Source: Candidatus Ozemobacteraceae bacterium
Lineage (GTDB): Bacteria > Muiribacteriota > Ozemobacteria > Ozemobacterales > Ozemobacteraceae
DNA length: 64,000 nt
Direction of reading: 5' to 3'
Assembly (NCBI GenBank): GCA_965140445.1
Contig: OZ223236.1
Coordinates: 3,776,001-3,840,000 of the forward strand
The translations under genes were made by a program, and so were the position numbers. Position 1 is the first letter of the stretch. Every line of letters starts with the position of its first letter. Shown here one piece after another: positions 46,394-56,886 of this stretch. Below the pieces are notes generated by a model, which searched no databases, was not told where the DNA came from, and saw only the letters and a list, made by a program, of their open reading frames with translations.

Positions 46394-48094
46394 ATGACTG
46401 ATAATCAGGAAAAATTGGTTGAAGAAAAATCAGAAGAGAAGGAAATGATTAACCTGACCCTCGAAGATGGAAAAGTTATTCAAGTTGAAAAGGGCACCCC
46501 GCTCTCTTCAATTGTTGCCGACATCCCTCTCAAAGAAAATCTTCAATACTTGTGCGCAAAGGTTGATAATGCAATTCAATCCCTGGATTTTGTACCAGGA
46601 ATGGATTGCAAAGTTCATTTCTTAAATTTCAAATCCACAGAAGGCCGGGATTGCTATCGCCGAAGTATGACCTTTGTTTTGGCAAGAGCAGTAATGGAAC
46701 TTTATAGAAACGCACGCCTTTCAATTGACCATTCAATTGGAAACGGCTTCTACTATGATCTTTTCACAGATGTTCCAGTTTCTGAAAGAATTCTCGATTA
46801 CATCAAAAATAAAATGATGGAAATCGTGGAAAAGAACGAGCCTTTCGGAAAAACCCAGATGACAAGATCTGAAGCAATCGCTCTCTTCAACAGAGAAGGA
46901 TACCCTGAAAAAGCCAGATTGCTTAAGAATCTGAACACTGACACTGTAGGCGTAATCAGCTGCTGGAAATATATTGATCTTGATTTCGGCGCGATGGTTC
47001 CTTCCACTGGTTATCTTCAGGTTTTTGACCTCAAGCAATATTCAGACGGTTTTGTTTTGCTCTTCCCCGATCAAATTGATCCAACCAAAGCCTCACAACC
47101 TCGCAGACAGCCAAAGATTTTCACCGCTTATCGTGAAAGTAAGCAATGGGGAAAAATCCTTGAAGTAAACAATGTTGGCCGACTTAACGAGTTAATTAAA
47201 GATAAATCAATTTCAGATTTCATCAAAACTGCTGAAGCTCTACATTCCAAAAAAATCCAGGAAATGGCAGATGCTATAACCAAGAAGAATTCAGTAAGAA
47301 TAGTTTTGATTGCAGGTCCTTCAAGTTCTGGAAAAACTACCTTCAGTAAAAGGTTGTGCACACATTTAAGAGTTAATGGCCTAAGACCCATAACCCTTTC
47401 ATTGGACAACTATTTCCTTGATAGACAGCACACTCCCAGAGATGAAAATGGTGATTACGATTTCGAATCCATCTATGCACTGGATCTTGAGCTCTTCAAC
47501 CAGCATCTTCAGGAACTTCTGGATGGTAAAGAAGTTCAGATTCCTGAATTTGACTTCCACACTGGACACAGAAAAATACAGACCGATCCTTTAAGAATCA
47601 ATGAAGATCAGATTGTAATCGTGGAAGGTATTCACGGCTTAAACAATGAACTCACAAGTTCAGTTCCGACCGAATGCAAGTTCAAAATCTACATCAGTGC
47701 ACTTACTCAACTTGTAATTGACGATTACAACCGTATTGCAACTACTGACACCAGATTAATCAGAAGAACTGTTCGCGACAGTAAGTACAGAGGATATTCC
47801 GCTGAAGATACTTTCAACCGATGGGCCTCGGTTAGACGTGGTGAAGAAAGAAACATTTTCCCATTCCAGGAATGCGCTGACATGGTATTTAACTCTGCTG
47901 TGCAATACGAATGGGCAATTCTCAGACCACTTGTAGAACCTCTTCTTCTCGACATCTCCTGTGATAGCCCAGCCTATTCTCTGGCCAGAAGACTTCTTAA
48001 AACTCTTTCATTCTTCAGCCCATTAGATCCAAAAGAAGTTCCACCAACATCTCTCCTGAGAGAATTTATCGGGGGAAGCTCTTTTAGCTACTAA
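46394..48094 (+). CDS. Nucleoside (uridine) kinase fused to a ThrRS-like TGS/N-terminal domain
   Basis: HSIGNGFYY, VPSTGYL, IAGPSSSGKTT, SLDNYF, IVEGIHGLN, SLLREFIGGS. Confidence 0.9.
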   Translation: MTDNQEKLVEEKSEEKEMINLTLEDGKVIQVEKGTPLSSIVADIPLKENLQYLCAKVDNAIQSLDFVPGMDCKVHFLNFKSTEGRDCYRRSMTFVLARAVMELYRNARLSIDHSIGNGFYYDLFTDVPVSERILDYIKNKMMEIVEKNEPFGKTQMTRSEAIALFNREGYPEKARLLKNLNTDTVGVISCWKYIDLDFGAMVPSTGYLQVFDLKQYSDGFVLLFPDQIDPTKASQPRRQPKIFTAYRESKQWGKILEVNNVGRLNELIKDKSISDFIKTAEALHSKKIQEMADAITKKNSVRIVLIAGPSSSGKTTFSKRLCTHLRVNGLRPITLSLDNYFLDRQHTPRDENGDYDFESIYALDLELFNQHLQELLDGKEVQIPEFDFHTGHRKIQTDPLRINEDQIVIVEGIHGLNNELTSSVPTECKFKIYISALTQLVIDDYNRIATTDTRLIRRTVRDSKYRGYSAEDTFNRWASVRRGEERNIFPFQECADMVFNSAVQYEWAILRPLVEPLLLDISCDSPAYSLARRLLKTLSFFSPLDPKEVPPTSLLREFIGGSSFSY

Positions 48095-48126
48095 AACATA
48101 AACAACAGATGGTTGTAGAAACAAAA

Positions 48127-49026
48127 ATGAATAAAAAATCCGCCAGCCTCAAGCAAATGCTAGATAGAGTGCTGGCGGATTTTCCGCCTTCAGAGAGAAT
48201 TTCGGCAGACCCAATACAATTCCCGCGTGCACTATTTGACCAGGGCCGAGCAGATGTAGAAATCGAAGCTGTAGCTCTATTCTCGGCCATGCTCGCCTAC
48301 GGATCAGCAAAGCAATTTACCAAAAAAATCCGCCTGGTTATGGAAGCCTGCAACTGGAACTTTCTTGAACTAATCACCAAAAACCATGCTGAAATGCCAA
48401 ATTGGCCTGGCTACCGGCTTAGCACCGCGGATGAAATAAAATCATTCGCCAAAGCCCTCGGAATGGTAATAGAAAAACACAAAAGCCTGAAAAATGTTTT
48501 TTTGAAGGGGTACTCTCCTGATAAGTCTATTAAGGCTGGAGAAAAAGCAATTCAAACGGCAATGATCCAATCCCTCGAAACATTCATGCCAGAAGTTCCA
48601 AGAGGCATAAAGCACCTGCTTCCAGATCCCACATCCGGCGGTTGTGCAAAAAGATGGCAAATGTTTTTAAGATGGATGGTTAGAGGTGATGATGGCGTTG
48701 ATATGGGACTCTGGAAAGAAATCCCCTCATCTGAATTGATAATTCCTTTAGATAGGCACATAAGCAAAATTTCAAGAAATCTTGGATTAACCTCAAGAAA
48801 CGCTGACGATTGGAAAACCGCGGAGGAAATTTCTGCAAAGCTGGCCGAAATGGAACCTGCTGATCCAATCAAATATGATTTTTCTCTTTGCCACCTTGGA
48901 ATTTCTGGTGAATGCACGCACGGCAAAAACCAGGATCTTTGTGGTAAATGTCTTCTTAAAAATGCCTGCCAATTCGGCAAAAACCTCAATAAAAAACGAA
49001 AGGAATCACCTTATGAAAGGCAGTGA
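48127..49026 (+). CDS. TIGR02757 (DUF2400) family protein
   Basis: DPIQFP, LAYG, AKRWQMFLRWMVR, VDMGLW, IPLDRH, DPIKYDFSLCHLG. Confidence 0.88.
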   Translation: MNKKSASLKQMLDRVLADFPPSERISADPIQFPRALFDQGRADVEIEAVALFSAMLAYGSAKQFTKKIRLVMEACNWNFLELITKNHAEMPNWPGYRLSTADEIKSFAKALGMVIEKHKSLKNVFLKGYSPDKSIKAGEKAIQTAMIQSLETFMPEVPRGIKHLLPDPTSGGCAKRWQMFLRWMVRGDDGVDMGLWKEIPSSELIIPLDRHISKISRNLGLTSRNADDWKTAEEISAKLAEMEPADPIKYDFSLCHLGISGECTHGKNQDLCGKCLLKNACQFGKNLNKKRKESPYERQ

Positions 49027-49225
49027 CCCACTTGCATTTAAATTTTTCATGGCTGGCGGTTTTTTTTCCATAATTTGTGCAATTTTTGACGTTGAATTTT
49101 TTATGGGCCACCATAAAGCAGCTTTTTTAGTAAAAATTTTGGGCAGAAATGGTGCAAGAGTATTTTATGTTATATTAGGTCTGCTACTTGTAGGTGCAGG
49201 CGCTTACGGCCTGAAGCTAATTTAA
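49013..49225 (+). CDS. Imm17-like small membrane protein
   Basis: GGFFSIICAIFDVEFFM...ILGRNGARVFYVILG; AAGGA RBS. Confidence 0.7.
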   Translation: MKGSDPLAFKFFMAGGFFSIICAIFDVEFFMGHHKAAFLVKILGRNGARVFYVILGLLLVGAGAYGLKLI

Positions 49226-49279
49226 ATTTGGCGCACAGGGCTAAAATAATTTGTTTATATACATTACGGAGAACTTGAA

Positions 49280-49984
49280 ATGATAGCAATAAAGGATTTT
49301 TTTGCAAAAATTGATGAATCCCCCTTTCCAGAGCTATTTTCTGAGAAGCTTGAAGGATTTGATGATCTTAAAGAAGTTTGGGATATTCTAAAACGTCTGC
49401 AAAAAGGCTTTTTGAATAACAGAATAAAAAATGAGATACATGGAACCATTGAAGAAGGTGCCATAATAAAAGGTGACAATATTTACATTGGGAAAGGCAC
49501 TGTTGTTTCACCCGGTGCATATATTTGCGGTCCCACATACATTGGTGAAAATGTAGAAGTCCGTCACGGGGCTTTTATAAGAGGTCAGGTAATAATTGGA
49601 GATAAAGCGATAGTTGGACATGCCACTGAAATCGTAAGATCTGTTTTATTGCCAGGTGCAAAAGCGCCTCATTTTAACTATGTTGGAGATTCGATTCTTG
49701 GAACCGGGGTTAATCTCGGGGCTGGAACCAAAATTTCAAACTTTAAAAATGACGGAACCAATGTAAAAGTAAAAGTTGAAAATGAAATTATCGAGACCGG
49801 CATAAGAAAATTCGGTGCTATTCTTGGTGACGGATGTTTGCTCGGTTGTAATTCAGTGACTAATCCTGGCACTGTCATGGAACCCGAATGTCGTCTATAT
49901 CCCTGTGCAATGGTAAATGGATATTTTCCAAAAGGGACGATAATCAAGCTAAGACAAACAATGGAATCTGCATTTACTGGTTAA
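49280..49984 (+). CDS. Hexapeptide-repeat acyltransferase (GlmU C-terminal-like)
   Basis: Left-handed beta-helix repeats; APHFNYVGDSILG, NLGAGT, RKFGAILGD. Confidence 0.88.
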   Translation: MIAIKDFFAKIDESPFPELFSEKLEGFDDLKEVWDILKRLQKGFLNNRIKNEIHGTIEEGAIIKGDNIYIGKGTVVSPGAYICGPTYIGENVEVRHGAFIRGQVIIGDKAIVGHATEIVRSVLLPGAKAPHFNYVGDSILGTGVNLGAGTKISNFKNDGTNVKVKVENEIIETGIRKFGAILGDGCLLGCNSVTNPGTVMEPECRLYPCAMVNGYFPKGTIIKLRQTMESAFTG

Positions 49985-49995
49985 AACTAAAACAA

Positions 49996-50037
49996 AAAAA
50001 AGCGCCAGACAATATTTGTATTGTCTGGCGCTTTTTT
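49996..50037. terminator. Bidirectional intrinsic terminator
   Basis: AAAAAAGCGCCAGACAATA-TTTG-TATTGTCTGGCGCTTTTTT. Confidence 0.9.
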
Positions 50038-50039
50038 AT

Positions 50040-50564
50040 TTAGTATTCAATGCCAGGCCGAGCCTTAACTCCCTGATCAAAATAATGCTTTTGTTTTATC
50101 ATGCTGGTAACAAGATCAGCCATATCAAGTAATTTTTCATTTTTTGAACGGCCGGTAAGAACTAGTTCCACATCTTCTGGAACAAGATTAATCAAACGAA
50201 CCAGGTCATTTTCTTTTATCAGTCCGACATCAACAGAAGTTAAAGCCTCATCTAAAACGATAAGATCATATTTGCAGCTTTTTATCAAGCCTTCTGCGAT
50301 TTCAAGACCTCTGTGAGCCTCTTTCAAGTCATCTTCGGTCGTTCCAAACCTGAAGGTTTTGTCTTCTTTCATTCTTTCAAGACCAGTAAGATGATATTCA
50401 ATGTTTAACCGATCAAGAACAACTAGTTCACTATGCCGATAGGTCTCACTTCCCTTATCAAAAAAAACAACACACACGTTTTTCCCAGATCCGAAAGCTC
50501 TTATCAATAGACCCACAGCAGCGGTGGTTTTACCTTTTCCATCTCCTGTATAGGCGTGAATCAA
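50040..50564 (-). CDS. btuR: Cob(I)yrinic acid a,c-diamide adenosyltransferase
   Basis: YTGDGKGKTTAA, LIVLDE, ELVLTGR, ADLVT, KHYF, GIEY. Confidence 0.93.
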   Translation of the reverse strand: MIHAYTGDGKGKTTAAVGLLIRAFGSGKNVCVVFFDKGSETYRHSELVVLDRLNIEYHLTGLERMKEDKTFRFGTTEDDLKEAHRGLEIAEGLIKSCKYDLIVLDEALTSVDVGLIKENDLVRLINLVPEDVELVLTGRSKNEKLLDMADLVTSMIKQKHYFDQGVKARPGIEY

Positions 50565-50575
50565 TTATTTTCTCC

Positions 50576-51463
50576 TTAAAACTTAATATCAAATTCTTCC
50601 CCGAAAAGCGGGTTTTCTTCAATGTTTGATGCGGGTGGAACTACAGATTTCCTGGATTTTACGGTCGCACTTGATTTACTGGAAGGAACAGAGTCAAACA
50701 GTCCGCTTCCCCCAAACTCATCTCTTTTAGATTCTGCTTTTGCAACTGGAACAGGTCTTTTAGGCGCTGTAGCAGCTTGCGGTCTGGGTCTGGAAGCAAC
50801 ATTAACAGGTTTTGAAGCAGAAGGTCTGCTTACAACAACTGGTTTTGTATTCTGCTCGTTTTTAACAGCTGCCGGCTGATCAAGTTCAGCCAATTCCCTG
50901 GGACTATGAGATATAAACTGTGGTTTTTTAACAGGTGGGGCTTCATATTTTACAGTTTCAAAATCTTTTACCCGATCCCCGCTCATATCCCAAAGCGTGT
51001 AAAGGGGCATCCAGGGGGATTCGCCCGCAAACTTGTTTCCATTCCTCATGACAAACAAATCGCCTTTTTCCTTCTTTGGCAGCATTGTAGCAACAAAAGG
51101 CTTTTTCCAGCCCGAATCAAAATGCTTTTTCTGTGAATTTAAAATAACCACATACTTGCCGTCTTTTTTCAGAAACTTATCAACGCTGATGTTTCTCTGG
51201 TCTATCATTGAAGAGCCAGGAGCCCAGACAAAAAGCATGTATTTGTCAAAATCTATTCCCGGCATTTGCTCATCGGAGTTGCACTTCTGCCAAAAATTCT
51301 GCAAATCGTAAATATCTGAGATTATAAAAAAAGGTCTTTCAGCAACAAATTCACAATTGTTCCCGCGCCAATCGCGGTATACGTCCAGCTCTTGCGTTTT
51401 AGCATTGGCAAGACCTGTCAGAACAATCAAAAAGAAAATTATAATTGCTGAAAGACGCTTCAT
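50576..51463 (-). CDS. Secreted PrcB-C-like domain protein with Pro/Ala/Ser tail
   Basis: Signal peptide; LQNFW...PGIDFDKYMLFV...PFVATMLPK. Confidence 0.55.
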   Translation of the reverse strand: MKRLSAIIIFFLIVLTGLANAKTQELDVYRDWRGNNCEFVAERPFFIISDIYDLQNFWQKCNSDEQMPGIDFDKYMLFVWAPGSSMIDQRNISVDKFLKKDGKYVVILNSQKKHFDSGWKKPFVATMLPKKEKGDLFVMRNGNKFAGESPWMPLYTLWDMSGDRVKDFETVKYEAPPVKKPQFISHSPRELAELDQPAAVKNEQNTKPVVVSRPSASKPVNVASRPRPQAATAPKRPVPVAKAESKRDEFGGSGLFDSVPSSKSSATVKSRKSVVPPASNIEENPLFGEEFDIKF

Positions 51464-51478
51464 TTAAAACTCCAATTT

Positions 51479-52309
51479 CTATCTAATAACAATACCCTCG
51501 GCAGTCGGATAAAGATCAAGACAGTTAAAAACAACTATTGTTGCAAGGATTTCGTGCCATGGTCTGTCTCTCAAAGAACAGTAGAGAGGCATTTTCACAG
51601 GTTTTTCCCAAATCAATCTAACGCCGGTTTTATAGGCAATTTTCTGCAAAACCTGATCCAAAGGTTTACCGTCACTTATAATTGTACCATTTTCATTCAA
51701 TTTTCCAAACCACTCGCTAAGAGTTTTGCTTCTGTAATTTTGAATTCTATCCATGAGAACTTTCCATCCAGTCGCCTGAACATGAACAGGAGCAACAAAA
51801 ATAATGCCATCACGGCCATAGTAACGATGATGAGGAGAAACAACCTTTTCCATCATACCAGGAAGGCCTCTGACGTGGCTTCTAACTACGTTTTGTGCGC
51901 CAGTCTGAAAGTTGCAAATGTAATCTTTTCTATAAGCCAGACCAGCCATTCTGGTTATTTTCCATATTGGCATAGCCTGAGTCCAGATAACATCTGTTCT
52001 ATCTTTAAAGGCCAGGTCAGATTTGGGAAGAAGCACATGATACTGTTTTGAGTTTGGACGATACAAAACTACGCTATCGTGCCTTACAGCTACAACCCTG
52101 AGATCTGTTCCAATCATATAGCCAGATGTTACAAGAATTTCGTGCCCCTTGTAGTTTAACCAGGCCGCTCCATCTTCTCCAAAACTAACAAGTCCCTCAA
52201 CCTCTATCTGATCAGGGTTTGGAACATTTAATCCAAAAGCAACAGCGGGCAAAATAAACAAAATAAACATCAGAGTAAAACATTTAAAAAATCGATTCGA
52301 AAATTTCAT
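51479..52309 (-). CDS. Secreted protein with PilP/GspC-like and secretin-N0/STN-like domains
   Basis: IEVEGLVSFGEDGAAWL...VTSGYMIGTDLRVVAVRHDSVVL; KPLDQVLQKIAYKTGV...LRDRPWHEIL. Confidence 0.5.
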   Translation of the reverse strand: MKFSNRFFKCFTLMFILFILPAVAFGLNVPNPDQIEVEGLVSFGEDGAAWLNYKGHEILVTSGYMIGTDLRVVAVRHDSVVLYRPNSKQYHVLLPKSDLAFKDRTDVIWTQAMPIWKITRMAGLAYRKDYICNFQTGAQNVVRSHVRGLPGMMEKVVSPHHRYYGRDGIIFVAPVHVQATGWKVLMDRIQNYRSKTLSEWFGKLNENGTIISDGKPLDQVLQKIAYKTGVRLIWEKPVKMPLYCSLRDRPWHEILATIVVFNCLDLYPTAEGIVIR

Positions 52310-52555
52310 AAAAAGTCCTTTCACAACTTTGTCCGTCCTATTAGTTTAGCACAGAATAAACATACTAAACTATTGTTCTGGTATCAATAATCAAGAAAAA
52401 AAAAGCACCAGCTATCATCCGGACAATTCAAACCTGGATAAACTTACAGATGAGCGAGCGCGCCTTCCCAGAAAACAGTTCTTAAAAGGCATTGCTATGA
52501 AGGCCTAACTGCAATAATATACTTATACATAGAACTTTTTATAGAGGCAAAAAAA

Positions 52556-54694
52556 ATGATCAAATCGATTCGTTTCGCTATTTTTATTCTTTTTACGATA
52601 CTTACAGTTATTCCCCAGGCTAACTGCGAAGTAAAATCAGAAGCTGGAGCAATTATGGAACCACCAGTCGCTAAAATCGAACCAAAAATCACAGAAATGC
52701 ACGGAATCAAGCTGACCGACAACTACAGCTGGTTAAGAGGCAAGGAGAAACCTGAAGTTATTTCTTACCTTGAAGCAGAGAATGCTTTCACCAAGGCAAC
52801 GATGAAGGATACCGAAAAGTTGCAGAAAGATCTCTTTGAAGAAATGAAAGCCAGAATCAAAGAAACCGACTTGTCAGTGCCACAAAAAATAGACAATTAC
52901 ACCTACTACAGCAGAACAGAAGAGGGAAAGCAATATAGAATCCATTGCCGGAAAGCTCTGACAAAAGATGCAAAAGAGGAAATTATCTTTGATGAAAACA
53001 AGTATGCAGAGGGAAAACCATACTTTTCACTCGGAGCATTAAAAATTAGCAGCAACCATAACTTAATTGCATATTCAATCGATTATACAGGTGCCGAAAA
53101 ATTCACCCTTAAGATTATGGATTTAACAACAGGCAAAACCTTCGATGAGGAAATCGCTTCAACCACCTATAGTCTCCAGTGGGCGAACGACAATAAAACC
53201 CTTTTTTATACCTTGATGGATGAAACAGGCAGGTCAAACAGAATTTATCGCCATATACTTGGAACTCCTTCCTCCAAAGATGTTCTGGTCTATGAAGAGA
53301 AAGACGGGCAATTCTGGACAGGAATAGGCAAAACCAAGAACAAAAAATTCCTGATCATAAGCTCCAGCAGCAGCACATCATCTGAAGTTATGATACTGGA
53401 TGCGAATACTCCTGAAGGCGAATTCAAAGTATTTCTGCCACGAGAAAAGAACGTTGAATATGGCCTGGTTCAGCATGAAAACGATTTCTACATACTAACC
53501 AATGAAAATGCAGTCAATTTTAAAGTCATGAAGACTTCAGTTGATAAGCCAGAGAAGAAAGACTGGATTGAGTTTATTCCACATAAACCTGAAACCCTGA
53601 TAGTTGATCTTGAGAGTTTTAAAGATTATCTGGTGATTTATGAGCGCAATGAAGGACTTCAGACCATAAGATATTACGATTTCAAGCAGAAGAAATTTCG
53701 TAATATAGACTTTGATGAACCCGCATATAGTGTTTCGGCAGGATCAAATCCTGAATATGAAACAAAACTATTGAGATATCATTACACTTCACTTACAACT
53801 CCTGAAAGCGTCTTTGACTTTGATTTAGAAACGGCTCAAGCAAAGTTGTTAAAACGCTACGAAGTTCTGGGAGATTTCGATTCCTTAAATTATCAATCAG
53901 AAAGAATTTTCGCTATTGCTTCTGATGGAACAAAAATCCCGATTTCAATTGTTTACAGAAAAGATAAGCAGAAAAAAGAAGGAAACCCACTGTATCTTAC
54001 CGCATACGGTTCCTATGGCTCATCTTATGATCCTTACTTTTCTTCCATTAGATTAAGCCTGCTGGACAGAGGTTTTATTTATGCCATAGCACACATTAGA
54101 GGCGGCCAGGAAATGGGTCGGCCATGGTATGATAACGGAAAGCTTCTTAACAAAATGAATACTTTCACAGACTTCATTTCATGTGCCGAGCATTTGATAA
54201 AAGAAGGCTTCACCACAACCCCACAACTTGCCATAAATGGCGGGAGTGCCGGCGGTTTGCTTATGGGCGCAGTGACCAACATGCGTCCCGACCTTTTCGG
54301 AGTGGTAATTGCTGACGTTCCATTCGTTGACGTAATGAACACCATGCTTGACCCAAGCCTGCCATTGGTTAGAGAAGAATACGAAGAATGGGGAAATCCG
54401 AACAAAAAAGAGTATTTTGAATACATGCTCTCATACTCGCCTTATGACAATGTTAAAGCGGCAGATTACCCACAAATGCTTGTTACAGCCGGGCTTAATG
54501 ATCCAAGAGTTTCATACTGGGAACCGGCCAAACTTGTAGCAAAGCTAAGAGCAATGAAAACTGACAATAACATTTTGTTACTCAAAACCAATATGGATGC
54601 AGGACACGCCGGTGCCTCCGGAAGATACGATTACATTAAGGAAATAGCTTTTGAATATGCGTTTATTCTTAAATATTTGAATCTTATTAAATAA
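52556..54694 (+). CDS. ptrB: Oligopeptidase B (S9A)
   Basis: DNYSWLR, YLEAEN, YGSYG, HIRGG, GGSAGG, NDPRVSYWEPAK, AGHAGASGR. Confidence 0.95.
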   Translation: MIKSIRFAIFILFTILTVIPQANCEVKSEAGAIMEPPVAKIEPKITEMHGIKLTDNYSWLRGKEKPEVISYLEAENAFTKATMKDTEKLQKDLFEEMKARIKETDLSVPQKIDNYTYYSRTEEGKQYRIHCRKALTKDAKEEIIFDENKYAEGKPYFSLGALKISSNHNLIAYSIDYTGAEKFTLKIMDLTTGKTFDEEIASTTYSLQWANDNKTLFYTLMDETGRSNRIYRHILGTPSSKDVLVYEEKDGQFWTGIGKTKNKKFLIISSSSSTSSEVMILDANTPEGEFKVFLPREKNVEYGLVQHENDFYILTNENAVNFKVMKTSVDKPEKKDWIEFIPHKPETLIVDLESFKDYLVIYERNEGLQTIRYYDFKQKKFRNIDFDEPAYSVSAGSNPEYETKLLRYHYTSLTTPESVFDFDLETAQAKLLKRYEVLGDFDSLNYQSERIFAIASDGTKIPISIVYRKDKQKKEGNPLYLTAYGSYGSSYDPYFSSIRLSLLDRGFIYAIAHIRGGQEMGRPWYDNGKLLNKMNTFTDFISCAEHLIKEGFTTTPQLAINGGSAGGLLMGAVTNMRPDLFGVVIADVPFVDVMNTMLDPSLPLVREEYEEWGNPNKKEYFEYMLSYSPYDNVKAADYPQMLVTAGLNDPRVSYWEPAKLVAKLRAMKTDNNILLLKTNMDAGHAGASGRYDYIKEIAFEYAFILKYLNLIK

Positions 54695-54710
54695 CCTTAT
54701 ATGTTTTAAT

Positions 54711-54751
54711 AAAAAAGTCCCCCGCAAGTGCTTTGCGGGGGACTTTTTTTT
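54711..54751. terminator. Bidirectional intrinsic terminator
   Basis: AAAAAAGTCCCCCGCAA / TTGCGGGGGACTTTTTT. Confidence 0.9.
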
Positions 54752-54799
54752 ATGCTTCTATGCCTGAAGTTTAATGTTCAAAGCTTTCTGGAAACACCT

Positions 54800-55132
54800 T
54801 TATGCAGGCGTAACCTCAATTATTTCGTTCATCTTTGTCATAGTAAAGAGCTTCATCACCAGTTCATTACAGTTCTTCACTTTCAATTGCTGATTTTCCC
54901 CTCTGGTTTTGAAAAAATCTGCATAAAAAGCGAAAATAGATAAACCAGCACTTGAAATAAAATCAATGTTGGCAAGATCAAATACCAGATTTGAAAATTC
55001 ACCAGCATTAACAACATTTAATTCGTATTTGAGTTGCTCGGTTGCTTGCTGATCCATTTCTCCAAACAAATGGACAATAAGGGTAGAATTATCTTCCTCA
55101 AACAACTCAATTTTTAAACAGCTTCTATTCAA
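54800..55132 (-). CDS. STAS domain anti-sigma factor antagonist
   Basis: LFGEMD, FDLANIDFISSAGL. Confidence 0.88.
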   Translation of the reverse strand: MNRSCLKIELFEEDNSTLIVHLFGEMDQQATEQLKYELNVVNAGEFSNLVFDLANIDFISSAGLSIFAFYADFFKTRGENQQLKVKNCNELVMKLFTMTKMNEIIEVTPA

Positions 55133-55141
55133 CTGATACTC

Positions 55142-55375
55142 CTAAAGGCCAATTGCTTTACCAATTATAACAGATGTCAAACCGACGACTCCTGCAGCAA
55201 ATGGCGTGCTACAACGTTTGTAATCAACAGCAAAGGTATAATAAATACTCATGATTGGAAAAAACAGTAAAACCATCATTCCAACCAACAGATCTTTTTT
55301 TAATGCTTCACCAACTATCCAGAGAAAGCTGAGCATAAGAGCCAGAAGTCCGAACAAAACAAAAATTGCTGCCAT
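55142..55375 (-). CDS. Small 3-TM membrane protein
   Basis: Hydrophobic 77-aa ORF in the operon; GGGAG RBS. Confidence 0.7.
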   Translation of the reverse strand: MAAIFVLFGLLALMLSFLWIVGEALKKDLLVGMMVLLFFPIMSIYYTFAVDYKRCSTPFAAGVVGLTSVIIGKAIGL

Positions 55376-55384
55376 TTTTCTCCC

Positions 55385-56710
55385 CTATTTCTTACAGCTT
55401 GAATTACTACATTCCGGGCTTTGTCCACTGCAGGAAAAGCAACTCTTGCGACCCAAATTACCTGCCTGCCACTCGGGAGATTCCTTTAGAGCCATCAAAA
55501 CCAAACGCAATCCTTCGAGATAATGGGAAGGACGAATTTTCATTCGTTGTTCCTGTGGTCCCAAGTCTGGATAACCGTTCTCGTCTGCGGTCAAAAGCTC
55601 CCAATTATCAAACAATCTTCCCCAGGGTGAATTTTTAAGTATTTTGTATAGTTTACTTTTTCCAACCAGGGGATACCAATATAAGTCATGGAAAACAACA
55701 GATGCAATATAGGCCCATGGAGCAAGCCAAGTCTTCAAAGACCATTCAATAGGCTTTTTCAATGGCCCCCAGTAAATTTTGTGCTGCTGACGTGACGCAA
55801 AAGTCATTTCTTTAAAAGGACCATTGAAATGCCATTTTTCGTTCAATGCTTCAACATCTCCAACGATTTCAATATCCTCAAAGTTTCCGCAGCCTAAACC
55901 TCTTTCGTGAGCAAGACGAATGAATTTACAATCTTTAAGAGGATCGAATCCCATTAATTTTGCAGCAACGGTATCAATAGCAACCTGATCTGAGGATGCC
56001 AGAATAACGTTCTTTGAATGCGGGTCCATACATCTTGGCCCAGGACCATCTCCAGCAAAAGTTCCATCCATAACAGCAAATACTCCAGGATGAATCTTTT
56101 TCTGGATCATGAGTAAATCCACCAGAGTTTCGTGAATTACTGGATGAGTCCAATGTCTATGCTCATTTAGCAAACCACCAAAAGCATTCTTCATTGCGCC
56201 TGTAGTTGTTGTAAAAACATGTGTTTTAACTGTTGGCAGATGAATAATATTTTCACCTATAAAGCGCTTTGGAATAGAAAAGCCTTTCGGATAAACCTCG
56301 TTTAAACAAAGGAAATCCTTTGCCAGATCTCCAACTGCATCATGGATATTTATCCACTCTTCACCTTCATACAGATGAACATTTCGGAGACCATGAGCTT
56401 TTACCACATCAATTTGCTTGTTTTCACGTTCCCCAAGATGACTATCAATAACTACAGTTCTGTTATGACAACCATGGATCAAATCTGGGTTGTAACCATC
56501 TTTTTTCATGGCACGGATTACACCTTCAAGCTGCCAGGGAGTAGTTGAGGCACCAGGAAAGAAAAAATGCCATGAAATATTTATTTTTAAAGCAGTATCA
56601 GCGTCTTTTGAAATTGTCTGCTGATAATCAGCAAGATTCATTAACCGGTGATAATCTTTAAGAACTGTAGCTGGAGTGGTTTTTAGGATTGCAACTTTTG
56701 ATTTAGCCAT
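55385..56710 (-). CDS. DUF362 domain protein
   Basis: LKINISW, STTPWQLEGV, HLPTVKTH, TGAMKNAFG, DGPGP, DQVAID. Confidence 0.88.
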   Translation of the reverse strand: MAKSKVAILKTTPATVLKDYHRLMNLADYQQTISKDADTALKINISWHFFFPGASTTPWQLEGVIRAMKKDGYNPDLIHGCHNRTVVIDSHLGERENKQIDVVKAHGLRNVHLYEGEEWINIHDAVGDLAKDFLCLNEVYPKGFSIPKRFIGENIIHLPTVKTHVFTTTTGAMKNAFGGLLNEHRHWTHPVIHETLVDLLMIQKKIHPGVFAVMDGTFAGDGPGPRCMDPHSKNVILASSDQVAIDTVAAKLMGFDPLKDCKFIRLAHERGLGCGNFEDIEIVGDVEALNEKWHFNGPFKEMTFASRQQHKIYWGPLKKPIEWSLKTWLAPWAYIASVVFHDLYWYPLVGKSKLYKILKNSPWGRLFDNWELLTADENGYPDLGPQEQRMKIRPSHYLEGLRLVLMALKESPEWQAGNLGRKSCFSCSGQSPECSNSSCKK

Positions 56711-56886
56711 CAGAAACCTCTTTTTTCATTTTCACAATTATAGGTTTCTCAGGCAAAAACTTCAACAAAAGCATTTAAAGTTAAGCAAGAAGTTTAACTA
56801 GCATAAACGGGAATAAAATCCCTCTTATAGAAAACCTTTATTCTTGTTTTCTGATATAATAAAAGAAAAAAATTGGGGGAGCTGAG

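Noticed and set aside
51554..52051. 165-aa + strand ORF (likewise 48552-48989, 60917-61399, 38806-39222 and other short track ORFs)
   Set aside because: Antisense or out-of-frame overlaps of well-supported genes
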